From positions 277,326,001-277,390,000 of the forward strand of contig OZ024743.1 of the NCBI GenBank assembly GCA_964016885.1: DNA of 64,000 nucleotides. Direction: 5' to 3'. Shown here piece by piece: positions 1-12,000 of the stretch (the stretch's first letter is position 1; each line of letters opens with the position of its first letter). The position numbers were made by a program, and so were the translations under genes. The stretch comes from Eledone cirrhosa. Taxonomy: Eukaryota. The notes below the pieces were generated by a model that was given only the letters and a program-made list of their open reading frames with translations, did not search any database and was not told where the DNA came from.

Positions 1-3000
1 GGCGTTTGCCCGGTTGTGGTTGGAGTTGTGGTGGTTGTGGTTGGCGTTGTCGTTGTTGTGGTTGGAGTTGTGGTGGTTGTGGTTGGCGTTGTGGTGGTTG
101 TGGTTGGTGGTTTTGGTGGTTGTGGTTGGCGTTGTGGTGGTTGTGGTTGGCGTTGTAGTGGTTGTGGTTGGCGTGGTGGTTTTATGTGGTTGGCGCTGTG
201 GTGGTTGTGGTTGGCGTTGTGGTTGTTGTGGTTGGCGTTTGCCCGGTTGTGGTTGGAGTTGTGGTGGTTGTGGTTGGAGTTGTGGTGGTTGTGGTTGGCG
301 TTGTGGTGGTTGTGGTTGGCGTTTGCCCGGTTGTGGTTGGAGTTGTGGTGGTTGTGGTTGGCGTTGTGGTTGTTGTGGTTGGAGTTGTGGTGGTTGTGGT
401 TGGCGTTGTGGTGGTTGTGGTTGGCGTTGTAGTGGTTGTGGTTGGCGTTGTGGTTGTTGTGGTTGGAGTTGTGGTGGTTGTGGTTGGCGTTGTGGTGATT
501 GTGGTTGGCGTTGTGGTTGTTGTGGTTGCCGTTGTGGTTGGCGTTGTGGTGGTTGTGGTTGGAGTTTTGGTGGTTGTGGTTGGCGTTGTGGTGGTTGTGG
601 TTGGCGTTGTGGTGGTTGTGGTTGCCGTTCTGGTTGGCGTTTTGGTGGTTGTGGTTGGAGTTGTGGTGGTTGTGGTTGGCGTTGTGCTGGTTGTGGTTGG
701 AGTTGTGGTGGTTGTGGTTGGCGTTGTGGTGGTTGTGGTTGGCGTTGTGGTGGTTGTGGTTGCCGTTGTGGTTGGCGTTTTGGTGGTTGTGGTTGGAGTT
801 GTGGTGGTTGTGGTTGGCGTTGTGGTGGTTGTGGTTGGAGTTGTGGTGGTTGTGGTTGGCGTTGTGGTGGTTGTGGTTGGCGTTGTGGTGGTTGTGGTTG
901 GAGTTGTGGTGGTTGTGGTTGGCGTTGTGGTGGTTGTGGTTGGCGTTGTGGTGGTTGTGGTTGGCGTTGTGGTGGTTGTGGTTGGCGTTTTGGTTGTTGT
1001 GGTTGGCGTTACGGTTGTTGTGGTTGGCGTTGTGGTGGTTGTGGTTGGCGTTGTGGTTGTTGTGGTTGGCGTTGTGGATGTTGTGGTTGGCGTTGTGGTG
1101 GTTGTGGTTAGCGTTGTGGTGGTTGTGGTTGGAGTTGTGGTGGTTGTGGTTGGCGTTGTGGTGGTTGTGGTTGGCGTTGTGGTGGTTGTGGTTGGCGTTG
1201 TGGTGGTTGTGGTTGGCGTTGTGGTGGTTGTGGTTGCCGTTGTGGTTGGCGTTGTGGTGGTTGTGGTTGGCGTCGTGGTGGTTGTGGTTGGCGTTGTGGT
1301 GGTTGTGGTTGGCGTTGTGGTGGTTGTGGTTGGCGTTATGGTTGTTGTGATTGGCGTTGTGGTGGTTGTGGTTGGCGTTGTGGTGGTTGTGGTTGGCGTT
1401 GTGGTTGTTGTGGTTGGCGTTATGGTTGTTGTGGTTGGCGTTGTGGTGGTTGTGGTTGGCGTTGTGGTGGTAGTAGTTGGCGTTGTGGTTGTTGTTGTTG
1501 GCGTTGTGGTTGTTGTGGTTGGCGTTGTGGTGGTTGTGGTTGGAGTTGTGGTGGTTGTGGTTCGCGTTGTGGTTGTTGTGGTTGACGTTGTAGTTGTTAT
1601 GAATGGCGTTGAGGTTGTTGTGGTTGGCGTTGTGGTGGTTGTGGTTGGCGTTGTGGTGGTTGTGGTTGGCGTTGTGGTGGTTGTGGTTGGCGTTGTGGTG
1701 GTTGTGGTTGGAGTTGTGGTGGTTGTGGTTGGCGTTGTGGTTGTTGTGGTTGGCGTTGTGGTGGTTGTGGTTGGAGTTGTGGTTGTTGTCGTTGGCGTTA
1801 TGCTGGTTGTGATTGGCGTTGTGGTGGTTGTGGTTGGCGTTGTGGTGGTTGTGGTTGGCGTTGTGGTTGTTGTGGTTGGCGTTGTGGTTGTTATGGATGG
1901 CGTTGTGGTTGTTGTGGTTGGCGTTGTGGTGGTTGTGGTTGGCGTTGTGGTTGTTGTGGTTGGCGTTGTGGTGCTGGTGGTTGGAGTTGTGTTGGTTGTG
2001 GTTGGCGTTGTGGTTGTTGTGGTTGGCGTTGTGGTGGTTGTGGTTGGTGGTTTTGGTGGTTGTGGTTGCCGTTGTGGTTGGCGTTGTGGTGGTTGTGGTT
2101 GGAGTTGTGGTGGTTGTGGTTGGCGTTGTGTTGGTTGTGGTTGGCGTTGTGGTGGTTGTGGTTGGCGTTGTGGTGGTTGTGGTTGGCGTTGTGGTGGTTG
2201 TGGTTGCCGTTGTGGTTGGCGTTGTGGTGGTTGTGGTTGGAGTTGTGGTGGTTGTGGTTGGCGTTGTGGTGGTTGTGGTTGGCGTTGTGGTGGTTGTGGT
2301 TGGCGTTGTGGTGTTTGTGGTTGCCGTTGTGGTTGGCGTTGTGGTGGTTGTGGTTGGAGTTGTGGTGGTTGTGGTTGGCGTTGTGGTGGTTGTGGTTGGA
2401 GTTGTGGTGGTTGTGGTTGGCGTTGTGGTGGTTGTGGTTGGCGTTGTGGTGGTTGTGGTTGGCGTTGTGGTGGATGTGGTTGGCGTTGAGGTTGTTGTGG
2501 TTGGCGTTATGGTTGTTGTGGTTGGCGTTGTGGTGGTTGTGGTTGGCGTTGTGGTTGTTGTGGTTGGCGTTGTGGTTGTTGTGGTTGGCGTTGTGGTGGT
2601 TGTGGTTGGAGTTGTGGTGGTTGTGGTTGGCGTTGTGGTTGTTGTGGTTGGCGTTGTGGTGGTTGAGGTTGGCGTTGTGGTGGTTGTGGTTGGCGTTGTG
2701 GTGGTTGTGGTGGGCGTTGTTGTGGTTGTGGTTGACGTTGTGGTTGGCGTTGTGGTGGTTGTGGTTGGCGTTGTGGTGGTTGTGGTTGGCGTTGTGGTGG
2801 TTGTGGTTGGCGTTGTGGTGGTTGTGGTTGGCGTTATGGTTGTTGTGGTTGGCGTTGTGGTTGATGTGGTTGGCGTTGTGGTGGTTGTGGTTGGCGTTGT
2901 GGTGGTTGTGGTTGGCGTTGTGGTTGTTGTGGTTGGCGTTATGGTTGTTGTGGTTGGCGTTGTGGTGGTTGTGGTTGGCGTTGTGGTGGTTGTGGTTGGG

Positions 3001-6000
3001 GTTGTGGTGGTTGTGGTTGGCGTTGTGGTGGTTGTGGTTGGCGTTATGGTTGTTGTGGTTGGCGTTGTGGTGGTTGTGGTTGGCGTTGTGGTGGTTGTGG
3101 TTGGCGTTGTGGTGGTTGTGGTTGGCGTTGTGGTTGTTGTGGTTGGCGTTATGGTTGTTGTGGTTGGCGTTGTGGTGGTTGTGGTTGGCGTTGTGGTGGT
3201 AGTGGTTGGCGTTGTGGTTGTTGTGGTTGGCGTTGTGGTTGTTGTGGTTGGCGTTGTGGTGGTTGTGGTTGGAGTTGTGGTGGTTGTGGTTGGTGTTACG
3301 TTGGTTGTGGTTGGCGTTGTGGTTGACGTGGTTGGCGTTGTGGTGGTTGTGGTTGGCGTTGTGGTGGTTGTGGTTGGCGTTGTGGTGGTTGCGGTTGGTG
3401 TTGTGGTGGTTGTGGTTGGCGTTGTGGTGGTTGTGGTTGGCGTTGTGGTTGTTGTGGTTGGTGTTGTGGTGGTTCTGGTTGGTGATGTGGTGGTTGTGGT
3501 TGGCGTTGTGGTATTCTGGTTGGCGTTGTTGTGTTTGTGGTTGGCGTTGTGGTTGTTGTGGTTGGTGTTGTGGTGGTTGTGGTTGGCATTGTGGTGGCTG
3601 TTGTTGGCGTTGTGGTGGTTGTGTTTGGCGTTGTGGTTGTTGTGGTTGGATTTGTGGTGGTTGTGGTTGGCGTTGTGGTGGTTGTGGTTGGCGTTGTGGT
3701 GGTTGTGGTTGGAGTTGTGGTGGTTGTGGTTGGCGTTGTGGTTGTTGCGGTTAGGGTTGTGGTTGTGGTGGTTGGCGTTGTGGTGGTTGTGGTTGGTGGT
3801 TTTGGTGGTTGTGGTTGGCGTTGGCGCTGTTGTGGTTGGTGTTACGTTGGTTGTGGTTGGCGTTGTGGTTGACGTGGTTGGCGTTGTGGTGGTTGTGGTT
3901 GGCGTTGTGGTGGTTGTGGTTGGCGTTGTGGTGGTTGCGGTTGGTGTTGTGGTGCTTGTGGTTGGCGTTGTGGTGGTTGTGGTTGGCGTTGTGGTTGTTG
4001 TGGTTGGTGTTGTGGTGGTTGTGGTTGGCATTGTGGTGGCTGTTGTTGGCGTTGTGGTGGTTGTGGTTGGCGTTGTGGTTGTTGTGGTTGGCGTTGTGGT
4101 TGTTGTTGGCGTTATGGTGGTTGTGGTTGGCGTTGTGGTGGTTGATGTTGGCGTTGTGGTGGTTGTGGTTGGCGTTGTGGTTGTTGTGGTTGGCGTTATG
4201 GTGGTTGTGGTTGGCGTTGTGGTTGTTGTGGTTGGCGTTGTGGTTGTTGTGGTTGGCGTTGTGGTTGTTATGGATGGCGTTGTGGGTGTTGTGGTTGGCG
4301 TTGTGGTGGTTGTGGTTGGCGTTGTGGTGGTTGTGGTTGGCGTTGTGGTGGTTGTGGTTGGCGTTGTGGTTGTTGAGGTTGGCGTTGTGGTGGTTGTGGT
4401 TGGCGTTGTGGTAGTTGTGGTTGGCGTTGTGGTGGTTGTCGTTGGCGTTGTGGTTGTTGTGGTTGGCGTTGTGGTGGTTGTGGTTGGTGATTTTGGTGGT
4501 TGTGGTTGCCGTTGTGGTTGGCGTTGTGGTGGTTGTGGTTGGAGTTGTGGTGGTTGTGGTTGGCGTTGTGGTGGTTGTGGTTGGCGTTTTGGTGGTTGTG
4601 GTTGGCGTTGTGGTTGTTGTGGTTGGCGTTATGGTGGTTGTGGTTGGCGTTGTGGTTGTTGTGGTTGACGTTGTGGTGCTGGTGGTTGGAGTTGTGGTGG
4701 TTGTGGTTGGCGTTGTGGTTGTTGTGGTTGGCTTTGTGGTGGTTGTGGTTGGCGTTGTGGTTGTTGAGGTTGGCGTTGTGGTGGTTGTGGTTGGCGTTGT
4801 GGTAGTTGTGGTTGGCGTTGTGGTGGTTGTGGTTGGCGTTGTGGTTGTTGTGGTTGGCGTTGTGGTGGTTGTGGTTGGTGGTTTTGGTGGTTGTGGTTGC
4901 CGTTGTGGTTGGCGTTGTGGTGGTTGTGGTTGGAGTTGTTGTGGTTGTGGTTGGCGTTGTGGTGGTTGTGGTTGGCGTTGTGGTGGTTGTGGTTGGCGTT
5001 GTGGTGGTTGTGGTTGCCGTTGTGGTTGGCGTTGTGGTGGTTGTGGTTGGAGTTGTGGTGGTTGTGGTTGGCGTTGTGGTGGTTGTGGTTGGCGTTGTGG
5101 TGGTTGTGATTGGCGTTGTCGTGGTTGTGGTTGCCGTTGTGGTTGGCGTTGTGGTGGTTGTGGTTGGAGTTGTGGTGGTTGTGGTCGGCGTTGTGGTGGT
5201 TGTGGTTGGAGTTGTGGTGGTTGTGGTTGGCGTTATGGTGGTTGTGGTTGGCGTTGTGGTGGTTGTGGTTGGAGTTGTGGTGGTTGTGGTTGGCGTTGTG
5301 GTGGTTGTGGTTGGCGTTGTGGTGGTTGTGGTTGGTGGTTTTGGTGGTTGTGGTTGCCGTTGTGGTTGGCGTTGTGGTGGTTGTGGTTGGAGTTGTGGTG
5401 GTTGTGGTTGGCGTTGTGGTAGTTGTGGTTGGCGTTTTGGTGGTTGTGGTTGGCGTTGTGGTTGTTGTGGTTGGCGTTATGGTGGTTGTGGTTGGCGTTG
5501 TGGTTGTTGTGGTTGGCGTTGTGGTGCTGGTGGTTGGAGTTGTGGTGGTTGTGGTTGGCGTTGTGGTTGTTGTGGTTGGCGTTGTGGTGGTTGTGGTTGG
5601 CGTTGTGGTGGTTGTGGTTGGCGTTGTGGTGGTTGTGGTTGGCGTTGTGGTTGTTGAGGTTGGCGTTGTGGTGGTTGTGGTTGGCGTTGTGGTAGTTGTG
5701 GTTGGCGTTGTGGTGGTTGTGGTTGGTGGTTTTGGTGGTTGTGGTTGGCGTTGTGGTGGTTGTGTTTGGCGTTGTGGTGGTTGTGGTTGGTGTGGTGGTT
5801 GTATGAGGTTTGCGTTGTGGTGGTTGTGGTTGGCGTTGTGGTTGTTGTGGTTGGCGTTTGCCCGGTTGTGGTTGGAGTTGTGGTGGTTGTGTTAGGCGTT
5901 GTGGTTGTTGTGGTTGGATTTGTGGTGGTTGTGGTTGGCGTTGTGGTGGTTGTGGTTGGCGTTGTGGTGGTTGTGGTTGGAGTTGTGGTGGTTGTGGTTG

Positions 6001-9000
6001 GCGTTGTGGTTGTTGCGGTTGGGGTTGTGGTTGTGGTGGTTGGCGTTGTGGTGGTTGTGGTTGGTGGTTTTGGTGGTTGTGGTTGGCGTTGGCGCTGTTG
6101 TGGTTGGTGTTACGTTGGTTGTGGTTGGCGTTGTGGTTGACGTGGTTGGCGTTGTGGTGGTTGTGGTTGGCGTTGTGGTGGTTGTGGTTGGCGTTGTGGT
6201 GGTTGCGGTTGGTGTTGTGGTGGTTGTGGTTGGCGTTGTGGTGGTTGTGGTTGGCGTTGTGCTTGTTGTGGTTGGTGTTGTGGTGGTTGTGGTTGGTGAT
6301 GTGGTGGTTGTGGTTGGCGTTGTGGTATTCTGGTTGGCGTTGTTGTGTTTGTGGTTGGCGTTGTGGTTGTTGTGGTTGGTGTTGTGGTGGTTGTGGTTGG
6401 CATTGTGGTGGCTGTTGTTGGCGTTGTGGTGGTTGTGGTTGGCGTTGTGGTTGTTGTGGTTGGCGTTGTGGTTGTTGTTGTTGGCGTTATGGTGGTTGTG
6501 GTTGGCGTTGTGGTGGTTGATGTTGGCGTTGTGGTGGTTGTGGTTGGCGTTGTGGTTGGCGTTGTGGTTGTTGTGGTTGGCGTTGTGGTTGTTATGGATG
6601 GCGTTGTGGTTGTTGTGGTTGGCGTTGTGGTGGTTGTGGTTGGCGTTGTGGTGGTTGTGGTTGGCGTTGTGGTTGTTGTGGTTGGCGTTGTGGTGCTGGT
6701 GGTTGGAGTTGTGGTGGTTGTGGTTGGCGTTGTGGTTGTTGTGGTTGGCGTTGTGGTGGTTGTGGTTGGCGTTGTGGTGGTTGTGGTTGGCGTTGTGGTG
6801 GTTGTGGTTGGCGTTGTGGTTGTTGAGGTTGGCGTTGTGGTGGTTGTGGTTGGCGTTGTGGTAGTTGTGGTTGGCGTTGTGGTGGTTGTGGTTGGCGTTG
6901 TGGTTGTTGTGGTTGGCGTTGTGGTGGTTGTGGTTGGTGGTTTTGGTGGTTGTGGTTGCCGTTGTGGTTGGCGTTGTGGTGGTTGTGGTTGGAGTTGTGG
7001 TGGTTGTGGTTGGCGTTGTGTTGGTTGTGGTTGGCGTTGTGGTGGTTGTGGTTGGCGTTGTGGTGGTTGTGGTTGGCGTTGTGGTGGTTGTGGTTGCCGT
7101 TGTGGTTGGCGTTGTGGTGGTTGTGGTTGGAGTTGTGGTGGTTGTGGTTGGCGTTGTGGTGGTTGTGGTTGGCGTTGTGGTGGTTGTGGTTGGCGTTGTG
7201 GTGGTTGTGGTTGCCGTTGTGGTTGGCGTTGTGGTGGTTGTGGTTGGAGTTGTGGTGGTTGTGGTTGGCGTTGTGGTGGTTGTGGTTGGAGTTGTGGTGG
7301 TTGTGGTTGGCGTTGTGGTGGTTGTGGTTGGCGTTGTGGTGGTTGTGGTTGGCGTTGTGGTGGATGTGGTTGGCGTTGAGGTTGTTGTGGTTGGCGTTAT
7401 GGTTGTTGTGGTTGGCGTTGTGGTGGTTGTGGTTGGCGTTGTGGTTGTTGTGGTTGGCGTTGTGGTTGTTGTGGTTGGCGTTGTGGTGGTTGTGGTTGGA
7501 GTTGTGGTGGTTGTGGTTGGCGTTGTGGTTGTTGTGGTTGGCGTTGTGGTGGTTGTGGTTGGCGTTGTGGTGGTTGTGGTTGGCGTTGTGGTGGTTGTGG
7601 TGGGCGTTGTGGTGGTTGTGGTTGCCGTTGTGGTTGGCGTTGTGGTGGTTGTGGTTGGCGTTGTGGTGGTTGTGGTTGGCGTTGTGGTGGTTGTGGTTGG
7701 CGTTGTGGTGGTTGTGGTTGGCGTTATGGTTGTTGTGGTTGGCGTTGTGGTGGTTGTGGTTGGCGTTGTGGTGGTTGTGGTTGGCGTTGTGGTGGTTGTG
7801 GTTGGCATTGTGGTTGTTGTGGTTGGCGTTATGGTTGTTGTGGTTGGCGTTGTGGTGGTTGTGGTTGGCGTTGTGGTGGTTGTGGTTGGGGTTGTGGTGG
7901 TTGTGGTTGGCGTTGTGGTTGTTGTGGTTGGCGTTATGGTTGTTGTGGTTGGCGTTGTGGTGGTTGTGGTTGGCGTTGTGGTGGTAGTGGTTGGCGTTGT
8001 GGTTGTTGTGGTTGGCGTTGTGGTTGTTGTGGTTGGCGTTGTGGTGGTTGTGGTTGGAGTTGTGGTGGTTGTGGTTGGCGTTGTGGTTGTTGTGGTTGAC
8101 GTTGTGGTTGTTATGGATGGCGTTGAGGTTGTTGTGGTTGGCGTTGTGGTGGTTGTGGTTGGCGTTGTGGTGGTTGTGGTTGGCGTTGTGGTTGTTGTAG
8201 TTGGCGTTGTGGTGCCGGTGGTTGGAGTTGTGGTGGTTGTGGTTGCCGTTGTGGTTGTTGTGGTTGGCGTTGTGGTGGTTGTGGTTGGCGTTGTGGTGGT
8301 TGTGGTTGGCGTTGTGGTGGTTGTGTTTGGCGTTGTGGTTGTTGAGGTTGGCGTTGTGGTGGTTGTGGTTGGCGTTGTGGTAGTTGTGGTTGGCGTTGTG
8401 GTTGGCGTTGTGGTTGTTGTGGTTGGCGTTGTGGTGGTTGTGGTTGGTGGTTTTGGTGGTTGTGGTTGACGTTGTGGTGGTTGTGTTTGGCGTTGTGGTG
8501 GTTGTGGTTGGCGTGGTGGTTGTATGTGGTTTGCGTTGTGGTGGTTGTGGTTGGCGTTGTGGTTGTTGTGGTTGGCGTTTGCCCGGTTGTGGTTGGAGTT
8601 GTGGTGGTTGTGTTTGGCGTTGTGGTTGTTGTGGTTGGATTTGTGCTGGTTGTGGTTGGCGTTGTGGTGGTTGTGGTTGGCGTTGTGGTGGTTGTGGTTG
8701 GAGTTGTGGTGGTTGTGGTTGGCGTTGTGGTTGTTGCAGTTGGGGTTGTGGTTGTGGTGGTTGGCGTTGTGGTGGTTGTGGTTGGTGGTTTTGGTGGTTG
8801 TGGTTGGCGTTGGCGCTGTTGTGGTTGGTGTTACGTTGGTTGTGGTTGGCGTTGTGGTTGACGTGGTTGGCGTTGTGGTGGTTGTGGTTGGCGTTGTGGT
8901 GGTTGTGGTTGGCGTTGTGGTGGTTGCGGTTGGTGTTGTGATGGTTGTGGTTGGCGTTGTGGTGGTTGTGGTTGGCGTTGTGGTTGTTGTGGTTGGTGTT

Positions 9001-12000
9001 GTGGTGGTTGTGGTTGGTGATGTGGTGGTTGTGGTTGGCGTTGTGGTATTCTGGTTGGCGTTGTTGTGTTTGTGGTTGGCGTTGTGATTGTTGTGGTTGG
9101 TGTTGTGGTGGTTGTGGTTGGCATTGTGGTGGCTGTTGTTGGCGTTGTGGTGGTTGTGGTTGGCGTTGTGGTTGTTGTGGTTGGCGTTGTGGTTGTTGTT
9201 GTTGGCGTTATGGTGGTTGTGGTTGGCGTTGTGGTGGTTGATGTTGGCGTTGTGGTGGTTGTGGTTGGCGTTGTGGTTGTTGTGGTTGGCGTTATGGTGG
9301 TAGTGGTTGGCGTTGTGGTTGTTGTGGTTGGCGTTGTGGTTGTTGTGGTTGGCGGTGTGGTTGTTATGGATGGCGTTGTGGGTGTTGTGGTTGGCGTTGT
9401 GGTGGTTGTGGTTGGCGTTGTGGTGGTTGTGGTTGGCGTTGTGGTGGTTGTGGTTGGCGTTGTGGTTGTTGAGGTTGGCGTTGTGGTGGTTGTGGTTGGC
9501 GTTGTGGTAGTTGTGGTTGGCGTTGTGGTGGTTGTGGTTGGCGTTGTGGTTGTTGTGGTTGGCGTTGTGGTGGTTGTGGTTGGTGGTTTTGGTGGTTGTG
9601 GTTGCCGTTGTGGTTGGCGTTGTGGTGGTTGTGGTTGGAGTTGTGGTGGTTGTGGTTGGCGTTGTGATGGTTGTGGTTGGCGTTTTGGTGGTTGTGGTTG
9701 GCGTTGTGGTTGTTGTGGTTGGCGTTATGGTGGTTGTGGTTGGCGTTGTGGTTGTTGTGGTTGGCGTTGTGGTGCTGGTGGTTGGAGTTGTGGTGGTTGT
9801 GGTTGGCGTTGTGGTTGTTGTGGTTGGCGTTGTGGTGGTTGTGGTTGGCGTTGTGGTGGTTGTGGTTGGCGTTGTGGTGGTTGTGGTTGGCGTTGTGGTT
9901 GTTGAGGTTGGCGTTGTGGTGGTTGTGGTTGGCGTTGTGGTAGTTGTGGTTGGCGTTGTGGTGGTTGTGGTTGGCGTTGTGGTGGTTGTGGTTGGCGTTG
10001 TGGTGGTTGTGGTTGGCGTTGTGGTGGTTGTGGTTGCCGTTGTGGTTGGCGTTGTGGTGGTTGTGGTTGGAGTTGTGGTGATTGTGGTTGGCGTTGTGGT
10101 GGTTGTGGTTGGCGTTGTGGTGGTTGTGGTTGGCGTTGTCGTGGTTGTGGTTGCCGTTGTGGTTGGCGTTGTGGTGGTTGTGGTTGGAGTTGTGGTGGTT
10201 GTGGTTGGCGTTGTGGTGGTTGTGGTTAGAGTTGTGGTGGTTGTGGTTGGCGTTGTGGTGGTTGTGGTTGGCGTTGTGGTGGTTGTGGTTGGTGGTTTTG
10301 GTGGTTGTGGTTGCCGTTGTGGTTGGCGTTTTGGTGGTTGTGGTTGGCGTTGTGGTTGTTGTGGTTGGCGTTATGGTGGTTGTGGTTGGCGTTGTGGTTG
10401 TTGTGGTTGGCGTTGTGGTGCTGGTGGTTGGAGTTGTGGTGGTTGTGGTTGTTGTGGTTGGCGTTGTGGTGGTTGTGGTTGGCGTTGTGGTGGTTGTGGT
10501 TGGCGTTGTGGTGGTTGTGGTTGGCGTTGTGGTTGTTGAGGTTGGCGTTGTGGTGGTTGTGGTTGGCGTTGTGGTAGTTGTGGTTGGCGTTGTGGTGGTT
10601 GTGGTTGACGTTGTGGTTGTGGTTGGCGTTGTGGTGGTTGTGGTTGGTGGTTTTGGTGGTTGTGGTTGCCGTTGTGGTTGGCGTTGTAGTGGTTGTGGTT
10701 GGCGTTGTGGTGGCTGTGGTTGGCGTTGTGGTGGTTGTGGTTGGCGTTGTGGTGGTTGTGGTTGCCGTTGTGGTTGGCGTGGTGGTGGTTGTGGTTGGAG
10801 TTGTGGTGGTTGTGGTTGGCGTTGAGGTTGTTGTGGTTGGCGTTGTGGTGGTTGTGGTTGGCGTGTGGTGGTTGTGGTTGGCGTTGTGGTGGTTGTTGTT
10901 GGCGTTGTGGTGGTTGTGGTTGGAGTTGTGGTGGTTGTGGTTGGCGTTGTGGTTGTTGTAGTTGGCGTTGTGGTGGTTGTGGTTGGTGGTTTTGGTGGTT
11001 GTGGTTGCCGTTGTGGTTGGCGTTGTGGTGGTTGTGGTTGGAGTTGTGGTGGTTGTGGTTGGCGTTTTGGTGGTTGTGGTTGGCGTTTTGGTTGTTGTGG
11101 TTGGCGTTTTGGTTGTTGTGGTTGGCGTTGTGGTTGTTGTGGTTGGCGTTATGGTGGTTGTGGTTGGCGTTGTGGTTGTTGTGGTTGGCGTTGTGGTGCT
11201 GGTGGTTGGAGTTGTGGTGGTTGTGGTTGGCGTTGTGGTTGTTGTGGTTGGCGTTGTGGTGGTTGTGGTTGGCGTTGTGGTGGTTGTGGTTGGCGTTGTG
11301 GTGGTTGTGGTTGGCGTTGTGGTTGTTGAGGTTGGCGTTGTGGTGGTTGTGGTTGGCGTTGTGGTAGTTGTGGTTGGCGTTGTGGTGGTTGTGGTTGGCG
11401 TTGTGGTTGTTGTGGTTGGCGTTGTGGTGGTTGTGGTTGGTGGTTTTGGTGGTTGTGGTTGCCGTTGTGGTTGGCGTTGTGGTGGTTGTGGTTGGAGTTG
11501 TGGTGGTTGTGGTTGGCGTTGTGGTGGTTGTGGTTGGCGTTGTAGTGGTTGTGGTTGGCGTTGTGGCGGTTGTGGTTGGCGTTGTGGTGGTTGTGGTTGC
11601 CGTTGTGGTTGGCGTTGTGGTGGTTGTGGTTGGAGTTGTGGTGGTTGTGGTTGGCGTTGTGGTGGTTGTGGTTGGCGTTGTGGTGGTTGTGGTTGGCGTT
11701 GTCGTGGTTGTGGTTGCCGTTGTGGTTGGCGTTGTGGTGGTTGTGGTTGGAGTTGTGGTGGTTGTGGTTGGCGTTGTGGTGGTTGTGGTTGGAGTTGGGG
11801 TGGTTGTGGTTGGCGTTGTGGTGGTTGTGGTTGGCGTTGTGGTGGTTGTGGTTGGTGGTTTTGGTGGTTGTGGTTGCCGTTGTGGTTGGCGTTGTGGTGG
11901 TTGTGGTTGGAGTTGTGGTGGTTGTGGTTGGCGTTGTGGTGGTTGTGGTTGGCGTTTTGGTGGTTGTGGTTGGCGTTGTGGTTGTTGTGGTTGGCGTTAT